Assembly: GCA_030146295.1 (NCBI GenBank)
Contig: JASLCD010000202.1
Location: forward strand, 7,178 to 71,177
DNA from: Chryseobacterium sp.
GTDB taxonomy: Bacteria; Bacteroidota; Bacteroidia; Flavobacteriales; Weeksellaceae
Direction: 5' to 3'
DNA: 64,000 nucleotides
In this document: in pieces, positions 57,871-64,000 of the stretch
Layout: every line of letters begins with the position of its first letter
Position numbering within the stretch: position 1 is the stretch's first letter
Notes under the pieces: generated by a model
The model's input: only the letters and a program-made list of their open reading frames with translations
Told to the model about the DNA's origin: nothing
The model's database searches: none
Made by a program: the position numbers and the translations under genes

Positions 57871-58527
57871 TCAGTTCACTCTTTTATAGACAATATCCAG
57901 CAAGTCTGTGGCTTCGATATTCATACGGTAAAAAGAATCATGAAAGTCATCCAATTTAGAAAGTATAGCGATAAGCAGCATTTGTTCAGAATGGTTCAGA
58001 TTTCCCACTACCACTCTTGAAGCTTTACGGATCTCATCCATGTGCTCATCCAGCACGGAAAGTCCTTTTTCAGTTATCTGAATATCTTTGATCCTTCTAT
58101 CTTTATGAGAGGCCGTCTGTTCAGCCCAGCCATTACGGATTAAGCGGTTAATAATAAGTACACCGGAAGATTTCTCACTAGCATTGTGTCTTATGAGCTC
58201 CATTTTTGTCATAGCTCCCATGGTTTTCAGGCTTATCAGATAAATAAAGTCATCTTGGCTTGAAAAAACGGAATTACCAATTGAACGGGAATATGTTTTT
58301 GCATACCTTCCCATTCTTATCAATAAGGTATTGATGATACTATCAGAACTTCTTCCTAATTCCTTCCCGACCCAATCCGGATGTTCCTGCTCAGAATAAG
58401 ATTTAGAAGATGCATTGATCCATTCTGTAAATCCCTGAAGATCATTACTATATTGCACTTTATCTTCATTCTGTTCCATAAATTGCTGAACGAGTTCAAC
58501 AACTGCTTTTATAAGATCAAAATTCAT
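57871..58527 (-). CDS. MarR-family regulator heading the crt operon
   Basis: FSSQDDFIYLI, MTKMELI, DRRIKDIQITEKG; ATG 58527 lies downstream of TATATTTG (58553-58546). Confidence 0.85.
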   Translation of the reverse strand: MNFDLIKAVVELVQQFMEQNEDKVQYSNDLQGFTEWINASSKSYSEQEHPDWVGKELGRSSDSIINTLLIRMGRYAKTYSRSIGNSVFSSQDDFIYLISLKTMGAMTKMELIRHNASEKSSGVLIINRLIRNGWAEQTASHKDRRIKDIQITEKGLSVLDEHMDEIRKASRVVVGNLNHSEQMLLIAILSKLDDFHDSFYRMNIEATDLLDIVYKRVN

Positions 58528-59267
58528 ATCAAATAAATTAGTATACAAATATACTTATTAAAGTTTATAAATATACTTTTATTTAACTTTACTTTACTGC
58601 TAAAAATTATAATATGGAGAGTTAAAGATTAATTTCAAAAGAAAGACTTAAAATATTGAAAATACAAAATGCTAAAAAACAACTAATTAAACAGCAGAAA
58701 TAATATTAAGAAAGGTTTAATCAAAAAAGGAAGGCTTACAGTCAATAGTGGATTTATAAACCTAAATATTTTTTTTGATGTAAAAATTTAATAAACAAGA
58801 AACATTTAAATACAAACCTAAAGCGCAGCTGCATTAAACTACAGTATAAATCCTGAGTGTTTGAAAACTTTTTCTGTCTGAAGACAAACTGGAAATCAAA
58901 CAGATCATTCTTTTCTAAATTGTACTAGTGCTGGCTCAAAGGATACATAACTCAATGTTTTGATATTTAAAATTAAATTCAATTGAGTTAAGAGGCATTA
59001 TAAGATACGATGCAGAATACTGAACTATAAACACTTACAAGTTTAATCCTAAAAAAAACAGGTAATGATTTGGTAACCTGCTTTTTCAGTTGGACCTTCT
59101 TAAAGTAGCTTTCCGGTACAACAGTCCAGTTATATCATTGCCCTAAAATCCTTTATTCCTGCCGGGCTTCACCCGTTTTTACATTTTTCTTAGAGCTCAG
59201 GACTTTTAATATACAAATACTATTGTTATTTTAGCGGCATAGAAATTTGATTTTAACAATTAAGGAT

Positions 59268-59768
59268 ATGAAAAAATTAATCTTATTGGGTGCTGTATCA
59301 GCTTTTTTAATCAACTGTAATAAGAAAACTGAAGTTCCGGCTCCCAAAGTAGAAGCAGATACTATTGCTGTCGCTGAACCCGTAATTGATACTCTTGGAG
59401 CAAAATCGTTCTGCTACATCGGGGTAACAGGAAAAGACAGTGTTTTTGCATCTATTGATGACAACCTAGGAACCATTACCGGTAAATTATCTTACAAAAA
59501 CAATGAAAAAGACAGCTCAAAAGGAGATGTAACAGGTTTCAAATCCGGAGATACCTTAAAATTGACTTACGAATTTGCTGCTGAAGGTAGAAAAAGCAAA
59601 AGAGATATTTATTTTATCCAGCAAGGGAATACTTTAACGGAAGGTATTGGAGATCATAAAGAAGAAGACGGGCAGTCTAAATACGCTGACGAGAAGAAAA
59701 TAAGCTATAAAGACGGACAGAAGCTGAATACTGCCGACTGCAAAGTAGTTAACAAAGCTTTGAAATAA
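59268..59768 (+). CDS. Hypothetical lipoprotein
   Basis: MKK...FLINC lipobox; EKDSSKG motif. Confidence 0.8.
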   Translation: MKKLILLGAVSAFLINCNKKTEVPAPKVEADTIAVAEPVIDTLGAKSFCYIGVTGKDSVFASIDDNLGTITGKLSYKNNEKDSSKGDVTGFKSGDTLKLTYEFAAEGRKSKRDIYFIQQGNTLTEGIGDHKEEDGQSKYADEKKISYKDGQKLNTADCKVVNKALK

Positions 59769-59785
59769 TCATTCAATATCAACAG

Positions 59786-59813
59786 AAAACAGCCTTATTT
59801 CAAGGCTGTTTTT
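59786..59813. terminator. Bidirectional terminator
   Basis: AAAACAGCCTT-N5-AAGGCTGTTTT between convergent genes. Confidence 0.75.
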
Positions 59814-60848
59814 TTATGGTAATTCTGTTTCAATGATTTCAATAAAGCGGTCCACTGCTTCATCACCTGTATTCCAGGAAGTAATAAGACGGATCGCAGA
59901 ATGGCTTTCATCTACTTTTTTCCAGACATAGAACTCAAAACTTTCTGACAAAACCTCAATAAGATCATTATTCAGAATAGGAAAAATCTGATTGGTATAG
60001 GTGTCGGAAAGAAATGCCGTTCCTTTTTTCTGCAAAGCATTCTTAATTTTCATCGCCTGCCGATTCGCGTGTTGTGCCAGATCAAAATACAGGTTATCCT
60101 TCATCAGTTCCATAAACTGAATACCCAGCAGTCTTCCTTTGGCTAATAATGCCCCTTTCTGTTTGATATTAAATGCAAAGTCTTCCTGAAGAGCAGGATT
60201 ATTGATGACGATAGCCTCTCCGATTAAAGCACCGTTCTTTGTTCCTCCCAAATAGAAAATATCAGTAAGAGCTGCTACTTTTTCCAACGTAAGGTCACTG
60301 ATTTCTGAGGTCAGGCCATGTCCCAGCCTTGCTCCGTCCATAAACAAGTATAATTGATGTTGTTTACAAAATGCTGAAAGCTCTTCCAGTTCTTTTGCCT
60401 GATAAATAGTTCCCAGCTCAGTAGAATTGGAGATATAAACCAGCTTAGGCATTACCTGATGCGGTACATTGCTATGATTTTCCAATACAGGAATAATGTC
60501 TGACGGCCTTAGCTTTCCGTCTGCAGCTTCAATACTCAGCACTTTATGGCCTGTAGCTTCAATTGCTCCGGTTTCATTATTCAGAATATGTCCGGGAGCA
60601 GCAGAAATCACACACTGATAGGGTTTTAAAATCGCAGAAATAACAATTAAGTTAGCCTGCGTTCCTCCTGAAACCAAAAAAACTTCAGAATTCTGATTGC
60701 TTATTTTCTCTTTAATTAATGTTTTAGCTTTTAATGAATACTCATCTTCTCCATATCCGGCCTGCTGTTCAAAATTACTTTTTGTAAGCGCTTGTAGAAT
60801 ATTCGGGTGACATCCCTCTGAATAGTCGTTTTTGAATGAAAATTTCAT
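59814..60848 (-). CDS. ltaE: Low-specificity threonine aldolase
   Basis: FKNDY, GGTQAN, MDGARL, GGTKNG PLP lysine. Confidence 0.9.
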   Translation of the reverse strand: MKFSFKNDYSEGCHPNILQALTKSNFEQQAGYGEDEYSLKAKTLIKEKISNQNSEVFLVSGGTQANLIVISAILKPYQCVISAAPGHILNNETGAIEATGHKVLSIEAADGKLRPSDIIPVLENHSNVPHQVMPKLVYISNSTELGTIYQAKELEELSAFCKQHQLYLFMDGARLGHGLTSEISDLTLEKVAALTDIFYLGGTKNGALIGEAIVINNPALQEDFAFNIKQKGALLAKGRLLGIQFMELMKDNLYFDLAQHANRQAMKIKNALQKKGTAFLSDTYTNQIFPILNNDLIEVLSESFEFYVWKKVDESHSAIRLITSWNTGDEAVDRFIEIIETELP

Positions 60849-60933
60849 AGAGTAAAAGTAAAAAAAGTTAAAATAACAAGAGCGAACTTTTCATTTTATT
60901 TTGTTAGATTTGTACTGAAAATCATCTAACATT

Positions 60934-61587
60934 TTGAAAACAACCCTAACAGAAGAGAATTACCTGAAAGCTTTGTTTCATTTAGTTGACAATGAAGGAA
61001 AGGTTACGATTAATGAGCTCAGCAAATTTTTAAATGTAAAAATGCCGAGTGTCAATAACATGATGAAGAAATTTGCAGAGAAAAAATGGGTCATCTATGA
61101 GACCTATAAGCCCTTAATCGTTACAGAAAGCGGAAGACGTGAGGCAGCACTGGTGGTTCGTAAACACAGACTTACCGAAATGTTCCTCGTAAAAAAAATG
61201 AATTTTGGCTGGGAAAACGTTCACGAAATTGCAGAGCAGCTGGAACATGTTCATTCTCAAATTTTCTTTGATAAAATGGATGAAATTCTGGATTATCCTA
61301 AATTTGATCCTCATGGAGAACCTATTCCTGATAAAGATGGAAATATTATTGCCCAGGACCTGCAGAAACTGAGCCACTGTGAACCCGGTGAAAATGTTAC
61401 TTTTGCTTCTGTTACTCTTTCCGACGATGCTTTCCTGACGTATCTGAACGACAGAAAATTACTGCTCAATACAAAAGTGAAAATTGTAAAAATAGAAAGT
61501 TTTGATAAATCAATGACCATAGAAATTGAGGGCAAAACGGAAATTCTAAGCAAAAAAGCGACTGAGAAAATACTGGTTAAGAAATAA
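60934..61587 (+). CDS. DtxR/MntR-family metal-dependent regulator
   Basis: EENYLKA, RKHRLTEMFL, AEQLEH, DPHGEPIP, FeoA-like C-terminus. Confidence 0.9.
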   Translation: MKTTLTEENYLKALFHLVDNEGKVTINELSKFLNVKMPSVNNMMKKFAEKKWVIYETYKPLIVTESGRREAALVVRKHRLTEMFLVKKMNFGWENVHEIAEQLEHVHSQIFFDKMDEILDYPKFDPHGEPIPDKDGNIIAQDLQKLSHCEPGENVTFASVTLSDDAFLTYLNDRKLLLNTKVKIVKIESFDKSMTIEIEGKTEILSKKATEKILVKK

Positions 61588-61747
61588 TCTGAGTTAATCC
61601 TAAAATATACCTAACAGGTTTTGATTAAAAAATTCAGGCTTTTCAAGAATTTCAACCATTAAGATATTTAAGACGAAAAGTATAATTAAGATGAATCATT
61701 CTGATTTTCAGCTTACAGCGAAACTTTACTTATGCTTTATCCAAAAT

Positions 61748-61780
61748 AAACCTAGCAGGTTTTAAAAACCTGTTAGGTTT
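61748..61780. repeat. Flavobacterial REP-like palindrome
   Basis: AAACCTAGCAGGTTTT-AAAAACCTGTTAGGTTT; half copy ACCTAACAGGTTTT at 61609-61622. Confidence 0.6.
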
Positions 61781-61948
61781 GATATTCATACAATTCTCCA
61801 TTTATTACATTCATTAAACTGTTAAAAAACGGTTAAACCCCCTTTCATAAAATACCTGAAAATTAATTTTTAATTACGTTTGCAAAATATTCTACAGACT
61901 TTGTCTTTTCTGACAAATACAAACAGTTAATTATTACTCAAAAAAATT

Positions 61949-62677
61949 ATGAAAAAAAGCATTCCGTTTTTTATTATTTCGATGTTATTAAGCCCATTTG
62001 CAAACGCTCAGGACACTAAGGTAAGAGATTTTGTGATTGAACCTCAGATTCAACCCCACTTTTATATTTACAAAACTTTCGGGGTATTTGGAGGTAAAGA
62101 ATATTCTACCAATGCTGTTTATCTGATTACCAAAAATGGAGTTGTCTTATTTGATGTTCCATGGCAGAAAACCCAGTATCAGAGCCTGCTGGACACTATT
62201 CAGAAGCGTCATAACCTTCCCGTGATCGCAGTATTTGCAACGCATTCACACGAAGACAGAGCCGGAGATTTAAGCTTTTATAACAATAAAGGAATTAAAA
62301 CTTACGCAACAGCAAAAACCAATGAACTGTTGAAAAAAGACGGAAAAGCTACTTCTACAGAAATCATCAAAACAGGGAAACCTTATCGTATTGGCGGGGA
62401 AGAGTTTGTGGTAGATTTTCTGGGTGAAGGACATACTGCTGATAATGTAGTAGTATGGTTTCCTAAATATAAAATACTGGATGGAGGATGTCTTGTGAAA
62501 AGTAAAGCAGCAGTTGATCTTGGCTACACAGGAGAAGCTAATGTTGCGCAATGGCCGCAAACCATGACAAAACTGAAAAACAAATATTCACAGGCAGCAC
62601 TTGTGATTCCTGGTCATGACGAATGGAAAGGAGGCGGACATGTAGAACATACCCTTGATCTTCTCAACAAAAAATAA
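61949..62677 (+). CDS. blaCGB: Subclass B1 metallo-beta-lactamase, CGB/IND family
   Basis: Signal peptide; HSHED, GHTADN, GGC, PGH zinc ligands; 242 aa, closely resembles CGB-1 as I recall it; TACGTTTG box at 61875. Confidence 0.9.
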   Translation: MKKSIPFFIISMLLSPFANAQDTKVRDFVIEPQIQPHFYIYKTFGVFGGKEYSTNAVYLITKNGVVLFDVPWQKTQYQSLLDTIQKRHNLPVIAVFATHSHEDRAGDLSFYNNKGIKTYATAKTNELLKKDGKATSTEIIKTGKPYRIGGEEFVVDFLGEGHTADNVVVWFPKYKILDGGCLVKSKAAVDLGYTGEANVAQWPQTMTKLKNKYSQAALVIPGHDEWKGGGHVEHTLDLLNKK

Positions 62678-62715
62678 ATTGAAGAGCCCGGGCAGATGCC
62701 CGGGCTCTTCAATTT
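62676..62715. terminator. Bidirectional terminator
   Basis: AAATTGAAGAGCCCGGGCA-GA-TGCCCGGGCTCTTCAATTT. Confidence 0.85.
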
Positions 62716-62728
62716 AAAAAACAACCTT

Positions 62729-63904
62729 CTAATGATTGATGTTTTCTAAAAGTTGCGATACGCTTTCCATTTCTTCCATCGTATTGAAATAATGAGGTGA
62801 TAACCGGATCGCATGATCTACATTTTTAGAAGTAAAATCAATTAATGCATCTCCTTTCTTATTTTCCTTAAAAAACACATTGTTCTCAGTCAGTATTTTA
62901 TGAATCTTTTCAACCCTTCCGTCTGCCTGGCAAAAAGTAATAATACTGCTTAATCTGTTTCCCTTATCCAAAACTCTGAAACCATTCTTCTGCAAACTGG
63001 CCCTTAATGCATCTGCCAACATATGATTGTAGTTCTCAATTTGATCCATTCCTATAGCATTGGCGTAGCGTAAAGCTTCTGTAAATCCCAGCAAAGCAGC
63101 ATATGGTCTTTCAAAAAGCTCAAATCTTTTAGCCGTATCATTTAATGCATAGTCATCAAACGCTGTCCATTTAGCTCCAATGCTATCTAAGAATAAAGGA
63201 TACATTTTCTGACTCAAAGCTTTGTCTGAAACGTACAAAAATCCTGTTCCTCTCGGCCCTCTCATAAACTTCCTTCCTGTTGCCGTCAGAAAATCACAAT
63301 TGATCTTTTCCACATCTACCCTTATCTGACCTACAGACTGGCAGGCATCTACAAGATAAAGAATATCATATTTTTTACACAGCTTTCCTACTCCTTCTAC
63401 ATTCTGAACTAAACCGGAATTAGTAGGAATATGAGTGACAGCAATTAATTTAGGAGTATGCTTTTTGATTAATCTTTCAAAATCGTCAAGATCCAGCTCA
63501 TGGTCAGGCAGATTAGCTACCCTGACAATTTCGATATTATATCTTTTCTGTAAAGAAATAAAAGCAATTTGATTGGATATATAATCATCATTGGTTGTAA
63601 TGATACAATCTCCTTCTTTAAAAGAAATACTGGACAATGCCTTTGCATAGCCATCTGTAGAACTGCTTACAAATGCAATATTGGAAGGTCTGGTATTGAT
63701 CAGTAATGCCGTCTCTTCATAAAACTGGCTGATCTGCGCAGAATTTTGCATTACGGCTGCATACCCTCCTAACTCCTGCTCTTTATGCAAAAACTTAACT
63801 GTAGCGTCTACAACAGTCTTAGGCATTAATGAAGAACCTGCACTGTTTAAAAATATCTTATCTGAACACCCTAAAGTATCCTGTCTTATAACCTCTAAAT
63901 TCAT
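62729..63904 (-). CDS. Class V PLP aminotransferase / cysteine desulfurase-like
   Basis: FLNSAG, VDACQSVG, ATGRKFMRGPRG, RLSPHYFN. Confidence 0.9.
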   Translation of the reverse strand: MNLEVIRQDTLGCSDKIFLNSAGSSLMPKTVVDATVKFLHKEQELGGYAAVMQNSAQISQFYEETALLINTRPSNIAFVSSSTDGYAKALSSISFKEGDCIITTNDDYISNQIAFISLQKRYNIEIVRVANLPDHELDLDDFERLIKKHTPKLIAVTHIPTNSGLVQNVEGVGKLCKKYDILYLVDACQSVGQIRVDVEKINCDFLTATGRKFMRGPRGTGFLYVSDKALSQKMYPLFLDSIGAKWTAFDDYALNDTAKRFELFERPYAALLGFTEALRYANAIGMDQIENYNHMLADALRASLQKNGFRVLDKGNRLSSIITFCQADGRVEKIHKILTENNVFFKENKKGDALIDFTSKNVDHAIRLSPHYFNTMEEMESVSQLLENINH

Positions 63905-64000
63905 TTTTATCAATCCTTAAAGCAAATTTACCGTTAGTTTTTCTGTATACCTCAATAAAAAATCCCGAATTTTCATCCGGGACTCTATTTTTAATAAGTG

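Noticed and set aside
60902..60931. TGTTAGAT-N14-ATCTAACA as a DtxR/MntR operator
   Set aside because: The palindrome is real but its spacing does not fit the compact DtxR-type box; left unassigned.

Overview
AT-rich Bacteroidota chromosomal DNA, most likely Chryseobacterium of the gleum/indologenes group. The taxon call rests on a CGB/IND-type B1 metallo-beta-lactamase, a T9SS cargo protein and many TAnnTTTG -7 promoter boxes. I recognised no rRNA, tRNA, CRISPR array, intact IS or prophage. Left to right: a DUF285 surface protein; a TSP3-lipoprotein/4TM pair; a run of orphan immunity-like genes, one of them bracketed by two inverted dif-like (XerC/XerD) sites; regulator, transporter and stress operons; a hybrid histidine kinase; a dnaE2-dinB/LexA-like mutagenesis cassette with a visible GATAC-N5-GTATC operator. 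An accessory block follows, with an orphan pilin-like gene, a DUF4011/DUF3320 SF1 helicase-nuclease, an ICE-type HTH pseudogene, and an unusual RiPP locus (Cys-free double-Gly precursor, S9 prolyl oligopeptidase, split LanB, TPR-AraC regulator, no LanC, only a fragment of the ABC exporter). Then come lysC with a Lys-rich leader-peptide attenuator, a crtI-crtB-crtZ-crtY carotenoid operon ending in blc and ribA between two MarR paralogs, and ltaE, a DtxR-family regulator, blaCGB-like and a class V aminotransferase. Best novelty candidates: the cyclase-less LanB RiPP, the inverted dif-like module, the lysine attenuator and a polyproline leader upstream of an EamA transporter. All family calls come from motif recognition, not database searches.
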